Shown here: one piece after another, positions 29,201 through 44,450 of the stretch
How the letters are laid out: every line of letters starts with the position of its first letter
Numbering within the stretch: position 1 is the stretch's first letter
Source of the DNA: Eledone cirrhosa
Taxonomy: Eukaryota
Assembly: GCA_964016885.1 (NCBI GenBank)
Contig: OZ024741.1
Span: forward strand, 32,860,001-32,924,000
DNA: 64,000 nucleotides
Direction of reading: 5' to 3'
Program-made: the position numbers and the translations under genes
Notes under the pieces: generated by a model
Told to the model about the DNA's origin: nothing
Databases searched by the model: none
Seen by the model: only the letters and a program-made list of their open reading frames with translations

Positions 29201-32110
29201 ATGTGTCTTACAGTATATATGTGTCTTCCAGTATATATATGTCTTACAGTATATATGTGTCTTACAGTATATATGTGTCTTACAGTATATATGTGTCTTA
29301 CAGTATCTATGTGTCTTACAGTATATATGTGTCTTCCAGTATATATATGTCTTACAGTATATATGTGTCTTACAGTATATATGTGTCTTCCAGTATATAT
29401 ATGTCTTACAGTATATATGTGCCTTACAGTATATATGTGTCTTACAGTATATATATGTCTTACAGTATATATGTGTCTTACAGTATATATATATGTGTCT
29501 TACAGTATATATGTGTCTTACAGTATATATGTGTCTTACAGTATATATGTGTCTTACAGTATATATGTGTCTTACAGTATATATGTGTCTTACAGTATAT
29601 ACGTGTCTTACAGTATATATATGTCTTACAGTATATATGTGTCTTACAGTATATACGTGTCTTACAGTATATATGTGTGTTACAGTATATATATGTGTCT
29701 TACAGTATATATGTGTCTTACAGTATATATATGTGTCTTACAGTATATATGTGTCTTACAGTATATATGTGTCTTACAGTATATATATGTGTCTTACAGT
29801 ATATATGTGTCTTAGAGTATATATCTGTCTTACAGTATCTATGTGTCTTACAGTATATATGTGTCTTACAGTATATATATGTCTTACAGTATATATGTGT
29901 CTTACAGTATATATATGTGTCTTACAGTATCTATGTGTCTTACAGTATATATATGTGTCTTACAGTATATATGTGTCTTACAGTATATATGTGTCTTACA
30001 GTATATCTATGTGTCTTACAGTATATATGTGTCTTACAGTATATATATGTGTCTTACAGTATATATGTGTCTTACAGTATATATGTGTCTTACAGTATAT
30101 CTATGTGTCTTACAGTATATATGTGTCTTACAGTATATATGTGTCTTACAGTATATATGTGTCTTACAGTAAATATATGTGTCTTACAGTATATATGTGT
30201 CTTACTATATATATGTGTCTTACAGTATATATGTGTCTTACAGTATATATATGTGTCTTACAGTATATATGTGTCTTACAGTATCTATGTGTCTTACAGT
30301 ATATATGTGTCTTACAATATGTATGTGTCTTACAGTATGTATGTGTCTTACAGTATATATGTCTCTTACAGTGTCTATGTGTCTTACAGTATATATATGT
30401 GTCTTACAGTATCTATGTGTCTTCCAGTATATATGTGTCTTACAGTATATATGTGTCTTACAGTATATATGTGTCTTACAGTATATATGTCTCTTACAGT
30501 ATATATATGTGTCTAACAGTATATATGTGTCTTACAGTATATATATGTCTTACCGTATATATATGTGTCTTACAGTATATATGTGTCTTACAGTATATAT
30601 GTGTCTTCCAGTATATATATGTCTTACAGTATATATGTGTCTTACAGTATATATGTGTCTTACAGTATATATGTGTCTTACAGTATCTATGTGTCTTACA
30701 GTATATATATGTGTCTTACAGTATATATGTGTCTTACAGTATATATATGTGTCTTACAGTATAGATGTGTCTTACAGTATATATGTGTCTTACAATATAT
30801 ATATGTGCCTTACAGTATCTATGTGTCTTACAGTATATATGTTTCTTACAGTATATATATGTGTCTTACAGTATATATGTGTCTTACAGTATATATGTGT
30901 CTTACAGTATATATATGTCTCTTACAGTATCTATGTGTCTTACAGTATGTATGTTTCTTACAGTATATATGTGTCTTACAGTATATATGTGTCTTACGGT
31001 ATATATGTGTCTTACAGTATATCTATGTGTCTTACAGTATATATGTGTCTTACAGTATATATATGTGTCTTACAGTATATATGTGTCTTACAGTATATAT
31101 GTGTGTTACAGTATATATATGTGTCTTACAGTATATATGTGTCTTACAGTATATCTATGTGTCTTACAGTATATATGTGTCTTACAGTATATATATGTGT
31201 CTTACAGTATATATGTGTCTTACAGTATATATGTGTCTTACAGTATATATATGTGTCTTACAGTATATATGTGTCTTACAGTATATATATGTGTCTTACA
31301 GTATATATGTGTCTTACAGTATATATGTGTCTTACAGTATATATGTGTCTTACAGTATACATGTGTCTTACAGTATATATCTGTCTTACAGTATATATGT
31401 GTCTTACAGTATATATGTGTCTTACAGTATATATGTGTCTTACAATATATGTGTGTCTTACAGTATATATGTGTCTTACAGTATATATGTGTCTTACAGT
31501 ATATATGTGTCTTACAGTATATATGTGTCTTACAGTATATATGTGTCTTACAGTATATATATGTGTCTTACAGTATCTATGTGTCTTACAGTATCTATGT
31601 GTCTTACAGTATATATATGTGTCTTACAGTATCTATGTGTCTTACAGTATATATGTGTCTTACAGTATATATGTGTCTTACAGTATATATATGTGTCTTA
31701 CAGTATATATGAGTCTTACAGTATATATATGTGTCTTACAGTATAGATGTGTCTTAGAGTATATATGTGTCTTACAGTATATATATGTGTCTTACAGTAT
31801 CTATGTGTCTTACAGTATATATGTGTCTTACAGTATATATATGTGTCTTACAGTATATATGTGTCTTACAGTATATATATGTGTCTTACAGTATCTATGT
31901 GTCTTACAGTATGTATGTGTCTTACAGTATATATGTGTCTTACAGTATATATGTGTCTTACGGTATATATGTGTCTTACAGTATATCTATGTGTCTTACA
32001 GTATATATGTGTCTTACAGTATATATGTGTCTTACAGTATATATATGTGTCTTACAGTATATATGTGTCTTACAGTATATATGTCTTACAGTATCTATGT
32101 GTCTTACAGT
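26300..32110. repeat. Duplicated block, offset 4262 bp (about 26300-27850 vs 30560-32110)
   Basis: Shared GAGTCT (27449/31711), ACAATATATGTGTGTCT and TAGATGTGTCTTAGAG monomers. ORF breakpoints 26303/30565, 26503/30765 and 27485/31747 are all +4262. Confidence 0.87.
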
Positions 32111-33199
32111 ATATATGTGTCTTACAGTATATATATGTGTCTTACAGTATATATGTATCTTACAGTATATATATATGTGTCTTACAGTATATATGTGTCT
32201 TACAGTATATATGTGTCTTACAATATATATGTGTCTTACAGTATATATGTGTCTTACAGTATATATGTGTCTTACAGTATATATATATTTGTCTTACAGT
32301 ATATATGTGTCTTACAGTATATATATGTGTCTTACAGTATATATGTGTCTTACAGTATATATGTGTCTTACAATATATATGTGTCTTACAGTATATATGT
32401 GTCTTACAGTATATATGTGTCTTACAATATATATGTGTCTTACAGTATATATGTGTCTTACAGTATATATGTGTCTTACAGTATATATGTGTCTTACAAT
32501 ATATATGTTTCTTACAGTATATATGTGTCTTACAGTATATCTGTGTCTTACAGTATATATGTGTCTTACAGTATATATGTGTCTTACAGTATATATATGT
32601 GTCTTACAGTATATATGTGTCTTACAGTATATATGTGTGTCTTACAGTATATATGTGTCTTACAGTATATATATGTGTCTTACAGTATATATGTGTCTTA
32701 CAGTATATATGTATCTTACAGTATATATGTGTCTTACAGTATATATATGTGTCTTACAGTATATATATGTGTCTTACAGTATATATGTGTCTTACAGTAT
32801 ATATATGTGTCTTACAGTATATATGTGTCTTACAGTATATATGTGTCTTACAATATGTATGTGTCTTACAGTATGTATGTGTCTTACAGTATATATGTCT
32901 CTTACAGTGTCTATGTGTCTTACAGTATATATATGTGTCTTACAGTATCTATGTGTCTTCCAGTATATATGTGTCTTACAGTATATATGTGTCTTACAGT
33001 ATCTATGTGTCTTACAGTATATATGTGTCTTACAGTATATATGTGTCTTACAGTATATATGTGTCTTACAGTATATATGTGTCTTACAGTATATATATGT
33101 GTCTAACAGTATATATGTGTCTTACAGTATATATGTGTCTTACCGTATATATATGTGTCTTACAGTATATATGTGTCTTACAGTATATATGTGTCTTAC

Positions 33200-36100
33200 A
33201 GTATATATGTGTCTTACAGTATATATATGTGTCTTACAGTATATATGTGTCTTACAGTATATATGTCTTACAGTATCTATGTGTCTTACAGTATATATGT
33301 GTCTTACAGTATATATGTGTCTTACAGTATATATATGTGTCTTACAGTATATATGTGTCTTACAGTATATATATATGTGTCTTACAGTATATATGTGTCT
33401 TACAGTATATATGTGTCTTACAATATATATGTGTCTTACAGTATATATGTGCCTTACAGTATCTATGTGTCTTACAGTATATATATATGTGTCTTACAGT
33501 ATATATGTGTGTTACAGTATATATATGTGTCTTACAGTATATATGTGTCTTACAGTATATATGTGTCTTACAATATATATGTGTCTTACAGTATATATGT
33601 GTCTTACAGTATATATGTGTCTTACAATATATATGTGTCTTACAGTATATATATGTCTTACAGTATATATGTGTCTTACAGTATATATGTGTCTTACAAT
33701 ATATATGTTTCTTACAGTATATATGTGTCTTACAGTATATATGTGTCTTACAGTATATATGTGTCTTACAGTATATATGTGTCTTACAGTATATATATGT
33801 GTCTTACAGTATATATGTGTCTTACAGTATATATGTGTGTCTTACAGTATATATGTGTCTTACAGTATATATATGTGTCTTACAGTATATATGTGTCTTA
33901 CAGTATATATGTGTCTTACAGTATATATGTGTCTTACAGTATATATATGTGTCTTACAGTATATATGTGTCTTACAGTATATATATGTGTCTTACAGTAT
34001 ATATGTGTCTTACAGTATATATGTGTCTTACAATATATATGTGTCTTACAGTATATATGTGTCTTACAGTATATATGTGTCTTACAGTATATATGTGTCT
34101 TACAGTATATATGTGTCTTACAGTATCTATGTGTCTTACAGTATATATGTGTCTTACAGTATATATATGTGTCTTACAGTATATATGTGTCTTACAGTAT
34201 ATATGTGTCTTACAGTATATATATGTCTAACAGTATATATATGTCTTACAGTATATATGTGTCTTACAGTATATATATGTCTTACAGTATATATGTGTCT
34301 TACAGTATATATGTGTCTTCCAGTATATATATGTCTTACAGTATATATGTGTCTTACAGTATATATGTGTCTTACAGTATATATGTGTCTTACAGTATCT
34401 ATGTGTCTTACAGTATATATGTGTCTTCCAGTATATATATGTCTTACAGTATATATGTGTCTTACAGTATATATGTGTCTTCCAGTATATATATGTCTTA
34501 CAGTATATATGTGTCTTACAGTATATATGTGTCTTACAGTATATATATGTCTTACAGTATATATGTGTCTTACAGTATATATATATGTGTCTTACAGTAT
34601 ATATGTGTCTTACAGTATATATGTGTCTTACAGTATATATGTGTCTTACAGTATATATGTGTCTTACAGTATATATGTGTCTTACAGTATATACGTGTCT
34701 TACAGTATATATATGTCTTACAGTATATATGTGTCTTACAGTATATACGTGTCTTACAGTATATATGTGTGTTACAGGATATATATGTGTCTTACAGTAT
34801 ATATGTGTCTTACAGTATATATATGTGTCTTACAGTATATATGTGTCTTACAGTATATATGTGTCTTACAGTATATATATGTGTCTTACAGTATATATGT
34901 GTCTTAGAGTATATATCTGTCTTACAGTATCTATGTGTCTTACAGTATATATGTGTCTTACAGTATATATATGTCTTACAGTATATATGTGTCTTACAGT
35001 ATATATATGTGTCTTACAGTATCTATGTGTCTTACAGTATATATATGTGTCTTACAGTATATATGTGTCTTACAGTATATATGTGTCTTAAAGTATATCT
35101 ATGTGTCTTACAGTATATATGTGTCTTACAGTATATATATGTGTCTTACAGTATATATGTGTCTTACAGTATATATGTGTCTTACAGTATATCTATGTGT
35201 CTTACAGTATATATGTGTCTTACAGTATATATGTGTCTTACAGTATATATGTGTCTTACAGTAAATATATGTGTCTTACAGTATATATGTGTCTTACTAT
35301 ATATATGTGTCTTACAGTATATATGTGTCTTACAGTATATATATGTGTCTTACAGTATATATGTGTCTTACAGTATCTATGTGTCTTACAGTATATATGT
35401 GTCTTACAATATGTATGTGTCTTACAGTATATATGTGTCTTACAGTATATATGTGTCTTACAGTAACTATGTGTCTTACAGTATATATATGTGTCTTACA
35501 GTATCTATGTGTCTTCCAGTATATATGTGTCTTACAGTATATATGTGTCTTACAGTATCTATGTGTCTTACAGTATATATGTGTCTTACAGTATATATGT
35601 GTCTTACAGTATATATGTGTCTTACAGTATATATGTGTCTTACAGTATATATGTGTCTTACAGTATATATATGTGTCTAACAGTATATATGTGTCTTACA
35701 GTATATATGTGTCTTACCGTATATATATGTGTCTTACAGTATATATGTGTCTTACAGTATATATGTGTCTTACAGTATATATGTGTCTTACAGTATCTAT
35801 GTGTCTTACAGTATAGATGTATCTTACAGTATACATGTATCTTACAGTATATATGTGTCTTACAGTATATATATGTGTCTTACAGTATATATGTGTCTTA
35901 CAGTATATATATGTGTCTTACAGTATATATGTGTCTTACAGTATATATGTGTGTCTTAAAGTATATATGTGTCTTACAGTATATATATGTGTCTTACAGT
36001 ATATATGTGTCTTACAGTATATATGTGTCTTACAGTATATATGTGTCTTACAGTATATATGTGTCTTACAATATATATATGTGTCTTACAGTATATATGT

Positions 36101-39100
36101 GTCTTACAGTATATATATGTGTCTTACAGTATATATGTGTCTTACAGTATATATGTGTCTTACAATATATATGTGTCTTACAGTATATATGTGTCTTACA
36201 GTATATATGTGTCTTACAGTATATATGTGTCTTACAGTATATATATGTGTCTTACAGTATATATGTGTCTTAGAGTATATATCTGTCTTACAGTATCTAT
36301 GTGTCTTACAGTATATATGTGTCTTACAGTATATATATGTCTTACAGTATATATGTGTCTTACAGTATATATATGTGTCTTACAGTATCTATGTGTCTTA
36401 CAGTATATATATGTGTCTTACAGTATATATGTGTCTTACAGTATATATGTGTCTTAAAGTATATCTATGTGTCTTACAGTATATATGTGTCTTACAGTAT
36501 ATATATGTGTCTTACAGTATATATGTGTCTTACAGTATATATGTGTCTTACAGTATATCTATGTGTCTTACAGTATATATGTGTCTTACAGTATATATGT
36601 GTCTTACAGTATATATATGTGTCTTACAGTATATATGTGTCTTACAGTATATATGTCTTACAGTATCTATGTGTCTTACAGTATATATGTGTCTTACAGT
36701 ATATATGTGTCTTACAGTATATATATGTGTCTTACAGTATATATGTGTCTTACAGTATATATATATATGTGTCTTACAGTATATATGTGTCTTACAGTAT
36801 ATATGTGTCTTACAATATATATCTGTCTTACAGTATATATGTGCCTTACAGTATCTATGTGTCTTACAGTATATATATATGTGTCTTACAGTATATATGT
36901 GTGTTACAGTATATATATGTGTCTTACAGTATATATGTGTCTTACAGTATATATGTGTCTTACAATATATATGTGTCTTACAGTATATATGTGTCTTACA
37001 GTATATATGTGTCTTACAATATATATGTGTCTTACAGTATATATATGTCTTACAGTATATATGTGTCTTACAGTATATATGTGTCTTACAATATATATGT
37101 TTCTTACAGTATATATGTGTCTTACAGTATATATGTGTCTTACAGTATATATGTGTCTTACAGTATATATGTGTCTTACAGTATATATATGTGTCTTACA
37201 GTATATATGTGTCTTACAGTATATATGTGTGTCTTACAGTATATATGTGTCTTACAGTATATATATGTGTCTTACAGTATATATGTGTCTTACAGTATAT
37301 ATGTGTCTTACAGTATATATGTGTCTTACAGTATATATATGTGTCTTACAGTATATATGTGTCTTACAGTATATATATGTGTCTTACAGTATATATGTGT
37401 CTTACAGTATATATGTGTCTTACAATATATATGTGTCTTACAGTATATATGTGTCTTACAGTATATATGTGTCTTACAGTATATATGTGTCTTACAGTAT
37501 ATATGTGTCTTACAGTATCTATGTGTCTTACAGTATATATGTGTCTTACAGTATATATATGTGTCTTACAGTATATATGTGTCTTACAGTATATATGTGT
37601 CTTACAGTATATATGTGTCTTACAGTATATATATGTCTTACAGTATATATATGTCTTACAGTATATATGTGTCTTACAGTATATATATGTCTTACAGTAT
37701 ATATGTGTCTTACAGTATATATGTGTCTTCCAGTATATATATGTCTTACAGTATAAATGTGTCTTACAGTATATATGTGTCTTACAGTATATATGTGTCT
37801 TACAGTATCTATGTGTCTTACAGTATATATGTGTCTTCCAGTATATATATGTCTTACAGTATATATGTGTCTTACAGTATATATGTGTCTTCCAGTATAT
37901 ATATGTCTTACAGTATATATGTGTCTTACAGTATATATGTGTCTTACAGTATATATATGTCTTACAGTATATATGTGTCTTACAGTATATATATTTTTTA
38001 CTTACAGTATATATGTGTCTTACAGTATATATGTGTCTTACAATATATATGTGTCTTACAGTATATATGTGTCTTACAGTATATATGTGTCTTACAGTAT
38101 ATACGTGTCTTACAGTATATATATGTCTTACAGTATATATGTGTCTTACAGTATATACGTGTCTTACAGTATATATGTGTGTTACAGGATATATATGTGT
38201 CTTACAGTATATATGTGTCTTACAGTATATATATGTGTCTTACAGTATATATGTGTCTTACAGTATATATGTGTCTTACAGTATATATATGTGTCTTACA
38301 GTATATATGTGTCTTAGAGTATATATCTGTCTTACAGTATCTATGTGTCTTACAGTATATATGTGTCTTACAGTATATATATGTCTTACAGTATATATGT
38401 GTCTCACAGTATATATATGTGTCTTACTGTATCTATGTGTCTTACAGTATATATATGTGTCTTACAGTATATATGTGTCTTACAGTATATATGTGTCTTA
38501 AAGTATATCTATGTGTCTTACAGTATATATGTGTCTTACAGTATATATATGTGTCTTACAGTATATATGTGTCTTACAGTATATATGTGTCTTACAGTAT
38601 ATCTATGTGTCTTACAGTATATATGTGTCTTACAGTATATATGTGTCTTACAGTATATATGTGTCTTACAGTAAATATATGTGTCTTACAGTATATATGT
38701 GTCTTACTATATATATGTGTCTTACAGTATATATGTGTCTTACAGTATATATATGTGTCTTACAGTATATATGTGTCTTACAGTATCTATGTGTCTTACA
38801 GTATATATGTGTCTTACAATATGTATGTGTCTTACAGTATATATGTGTCTTACAGTATATATGTGTCTTACAGTATCTATGTGTCTTACAGTATATATAT
38901 GTGTCTTACAGTATCTATGTGTCTTCCAGTATATATGTGTCTTACAGTATATATGTGTCTTACAGTATCTATGTGTCTTACAGTATATATGTGTCTTACA
39001 GTATATATGTGTCTTACAGTATATATGTGTCTTACAGTATATATGTGTCTTACAGTATATATGTGTCTTACAGTATATATATGTGTCTAACAGTATATAT

Positions 39101-42100
39101 GTGTCTTACAGTATATATGTGTCTTACCGTATATATATGTGTCTTACAGTATATATGTGTCTTACAGTATATATGTGTCTTACAGTATATATGTGTCTTA
39201 CAGTATCTATGTGTCTTACAGTATAGATGTATCTTACAGTATACATGTATCTTACAGTATATATGTGTCTTACAGTATATATATGTGTCTTACAGTATAT
39301 ATGTGTCTTAGAGTATATATCTGTCTTACAGTATCTATGTGTCTTACAGTATATATGTGTCTTACAGTATATATATGTCTTACAGTATATATGTGTCTTA
39401 CAGTATATATATGTGTCTTACAGTATCTATGTGTCTTACAGTATATATATATGTGTCTTACAGTATATATGTGTCTTACAGTATATATGTGTCTTAAAGT
39501 ATATCTATGTGTCTTACAGTATATATGTGTCTTACAGTATATATATGTGTCTTACAGTATATATGTGTCTTACAGTATATATGTGTCTTACAGTATATCT
39601 ATGTGTCTTACAGTATATATGTGTCTTACAGTATATATGTGTCTTACAGTATATATATGTGTCTTACAGTATATATGTGTCTTACAGTATATATGTCTTA
39701 CAGTATCTATGTGTCTTACAGTATATATGTGTCTTACAGTATATATGTGTCTTACAGTATATATATGTGTCTTACAGTATATATGTGTCTTACAGTATAT
39801 ATATATATGTGTCTTACAGTATATATGTGTCTTACAGTATATATGTGTCTTACAATATATATCTGTCTTACAGTATATATGTGCCTTACAGTATCTATGT
39901 GTCTTACAGTATATATATATGTGTCTTACAGTATATATGTGTGTTACAGTATATATATGTGTCTTACAGTATATATGTGTCTTACAGTATATATGTGTCT
40001 TACAATATATATGTGTCTTACAGTATATATGTGTCTTACAGTATATATGTGTCTTACAATATATATGTGTCTTACAGTATATATATGTCTTACAGTATAT
40101 ATGTGTCTTACAGTATATATGTGTCTTACAATATATATGTTTCTTACAGTATATATGTGTCTTACAGTATATATGTGTCTTACAGTATATATGTGTCTTA
40201 CAGTATATATGTGTCTTACAGTATATATATGTGTCTTACAGTATATATGTGTCTTACAGTATATATGTGTGTCTTACAGTATATATGTGTCTTACAGTAT
40301 ATATATGTGTCTTACAGTATATATGTGTCTTACAGTATATATGTGTCTTACAGTATATATGTGTCTTACAGTATATATATGTGTCTTACAGTATATATGT
40401 GTCTTACAGTATATATATGTGTCTTACAGTATATATGTGTCTTACAGTATATATGTGTCTTACAATATATATGTGTCTTACAGTATATATGTGTCTTACA
40501 GTATATATGTGTCTTACAGTATATATGTGTCTTACAGTATATATGTGTCTTACAGTATCTATGTGTCTTACAGTATATATGTGTCTTACAGTATATATAT
40601 GTGTCTTACAGTATATATGTGTCTTACAGTATATATGTGTCTTACAGTATATATGTGTCTTACAGTATATATATGTCTTACAGTATATATATGTCTTACA
40701 GTATATATGTGTCTTACAGTATATATATGTCTTACAGTATATATGTGTCTTACAGTATATATGTGTCTTCCAGTATATATATGTCTTACAGTATATATGT
40801 GTCTTACAGTATATATGTGTCTTACAGTATATATGTGTCTTACAGTATCTATGTGTCTTACAGTATATATGTGTCTTCCAGTATATATATGTCTTACAGT
40901 ATATATGTGTCTTACAGTATATATGTGTCTTCCAGTATATATATGTCTTACAGTATATATGTGTCTTACAGTATATATGTGTCTTACAGTATATATATGT
41001 CTTACAGTATATATGTGTCTTACAGTATATATATATGTGTCTTACAGTATATATGTGTCTTACAGTATATATGTGTCTTACAATATATATGTGTCTTACA
41101 GTATATATGTGTCTTACAGTATATATGTGTCTTACAGTATATACGTGTCTTACAGTATATATATGTCTTACAGTATATATGTGTCTTACAGTATATACGT
41201 GTCTTACAGTATATATGTGTGTTACAGGATATATATGTGTCTTACAGTATATATGTGTCTTACAGTATATATATGTGTCTTACAGTATATATGTGTCTTA
41301 CAGTATATATGTGTCTTACAGTATATATATGTGTCTTACAGTATATATGTGTCTTAGAGTATATATCTGTCTTACAGTATCTATGTGTCTTACAGTATAT
41401 ATGTGTCTTACAGTATATATATGTCTTACAGTATATATGTGTCTTACAGTATATATATGTGTCTTACAGTATCTATGTGTCTTACAGTATATATATGTGT
41501 CTTACAGTATATATGTGTCTTACAGTATATATGTGTCTTAAAGTATATCTATGTGTCTTACAGTATATATGTGTCTTACAGTATATATATGTGTCTTACA
41601 GTATATATGTGTCTTACAGTATATATGTGTCTTACAGTATATCTATGTGTCTTACAGTATATATGTGTCTTACAGTATATATGTGTGTTACAGTATATAT
41701 GTGTCTTACAGTAAATATATGTGTCTTACAGTATATATGTGTCTTACTATATATATGTGTCTTACAGTATATATGTGTCTTACAGTATATATATGTGTCT
41801 TACAGTATATATGTGTCTTACAGTATCTATGTGTCTTACAGTATATATGTGTCTTACAATATGTATGTGTCTTACAGTATATATGTGTCTTACAGTATAT
41901 ATGTGTCTTACAGTATCTATGTGTCTTACAGTATATATATGTGTCTTACAGTATCTATGTGTCTTCCAGTATATATGTGTCTTACAGTATATATGTGTCT
42001 TACAGTATCTATGTGTCTTACAGTATATATGTGTCTTACAGTATATATGTGTCTTACAGTATATATGTGTCTTACAGTATATATGTGTCTTACAGTATAT

Positions 42101-44450
42101 ATGTGTCTTACAGTATATATATGTGTCTAACAGTATATATGTGTCTTACAGTATATATGTGTCTTACCGTATATATATGTGTCTTACAGTATATATGTGT
42201 CTTACAGTATATATGTGTCTTACAGTATATATGTGTCTTACAGTATCTATGTGTCTTACAGTATAGATGTATCTTACAGTATACATGTATCTTACAGTAT
42301 ATATGTGTCTTACAGTATATATATGTGTCTTACAGTATATATGTGTCTTACAGTATATATATGTGTCTTACAGTATATATGTGTCTTACAGTATATATGT
42401 GTGTCTTACAGTATATATGTGTCTTACAGTATATATATGTGTCTTACAGTATATATGTGTCTTACAGTATATATGTGTCTTACAGTATATATGTGTCTTA
42501 CAGTATATATGTGTCTTACAATATATATATGTGTCTTACAGTATATATGTGTCTTACAGTATATATATGTGTCTTACAGTATATATGTGTCTTACAGTAT
42601 ATATGTGTCTTACAATATATATGTGTCTTACAGTATATATGTGTCTTACAGTATATATGTGTCTTACAGTATATATGTGTCTTACAGTATATATATGTGT
42701 CTTACAGTATATATGTGTCTTAGAGTATATATCTGTCTTACAGTATCTATGTGTCTTACAGTATATATGTGTCTTACAGTATATATATGTCTTACAGTAT
42801 ATATGTGTCTTACAGTATATATATGTGTCTTACAGTATCTATGTGTCTTACAGTATATATATGTGTCTTACAGTATATATGTGTCTTACAGTATATATGT
42901 GTCTTAAAGTATATCTATGTGTCTTACAGTATATATGTGTCTTACAGTATATATATGTGTCTTACAGTATATATGTGTCTTACAGTATATATGTGTCTTA
43001 CAGTATATCTATGTGTCTTACAGTATATATGTGTCTTACAGTATATATGTGTCTTACAGTATATATGTGTCTTACAGTAAATATATGTGTCTTACAGTAT
43101 ATATGTGTCTTACTATATATATGTGTCTTACAGTATATATGTGTCTTACAGTATATATATGTGTCTTACAGTATATATGTGTCTTACAGTATCTATGTGT
43201 CTTACAGTATATATGTGTCTTACAATATGTATGTGTCTTACAGTATATATGTGTCTTACAGTATATATGTGTCTTACAGTATCTATGTGTCTTACAGTAT
43301 ATATATGTGTCTTACAGTATCTATGTGTCTTCCAGTATATATGTGTCTTACAGTATATATGTGTCTTACAGTATCTATGTGTCTTACAGTATATATGTGT
43401 CTTACAGTATATATGTGTCTTACAGTATATATGTGTCTTACAGTATATATGTGTCTTACAGTATATATGTGTCTTACAGTATATATATGTGTCTAACAGT
43501 ATATATGTGTCTTACAGTATATATGTGTCTTACCGTATATATATGTGTCTTACAGTATATATGTGTCTTACAGTATATATGTGTCTTACAGTATATATGT
43601 GTCTTACAGTATCTATGTGTCTTACAGTATAGATGTATCTTACAGTATACATGTATCTTACAGTATATATGTGTCTTACAGTATATATATGTGTCTTACA
43701 GTATATATGTGTCTTACAGTATATATATGTGTCTTACAGTATATATGTGTCTTACAGTATATATGTGTCTTACAGTATATATGTGTCTTACAATATATAT
43801 ATGTGTCTTACAGTATATATGTGTCTTACAGTATATATATGTGTCTTACAGTATATATGTGTCTTACAGTATATATGTGTCTTACAATATATATGTGTCT
43901 TACAGTATATATGTGTCTTACAGTATATATGTGTCTTACAGTATATATGTGTCTTACAGTATCTATGTGTCTTACAGTATATATGTGTCTTACAGTATAT
44001 ATATGTGTCTTACAGTATATATGTGTCTTACAGTATATATGTGTCTTACAGTATATATGTGTCTTACAGTATATATATGTCTTACAGTATATATATGTCT
44101 TACAGTATATATGTGTCTTACAGTATATATATGTCTTACAGTATATATGTGTCTTACAGTATATATGTGTCTTCCAGTATATATATGTCTTACAGTATAT
44201 ATGTGTCTTACAGTATATATGTGTCTTACAGTATATATGTGTCTTACAGTATCTATGTGTCTTACAGTATATATGTGTCTTCCAGTATATATATGTCTTA
44301 CAGTATATATGTGTCTTACAGTATATATGTGTCTTCCAGTATATATATGTCTTACAGTATATATGTGTCTTACAGTATATATGTGTCTTACAGTATATAT
44401 ATGTCTTACAGTATATATGTGTCTTAGAGTATATATATATGTGTCTTACA
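33200..44450. repeat. Nested duplication domain with offsets of 3410, 3040 and 1366 bp
   Basis: The TAGATGTATCT-GTATACATGTATCT doublet gives ORF restarts at 35817, 39227, 42267 and 43633 (+3410, +3040, +1366). The CTTAGAG/CTTAAAG block restarts at 34935, 36301, 38345, 41385 and 42751. GTTACAGGAT at 34771, 38181 and 41221. Confidence 0.85.
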
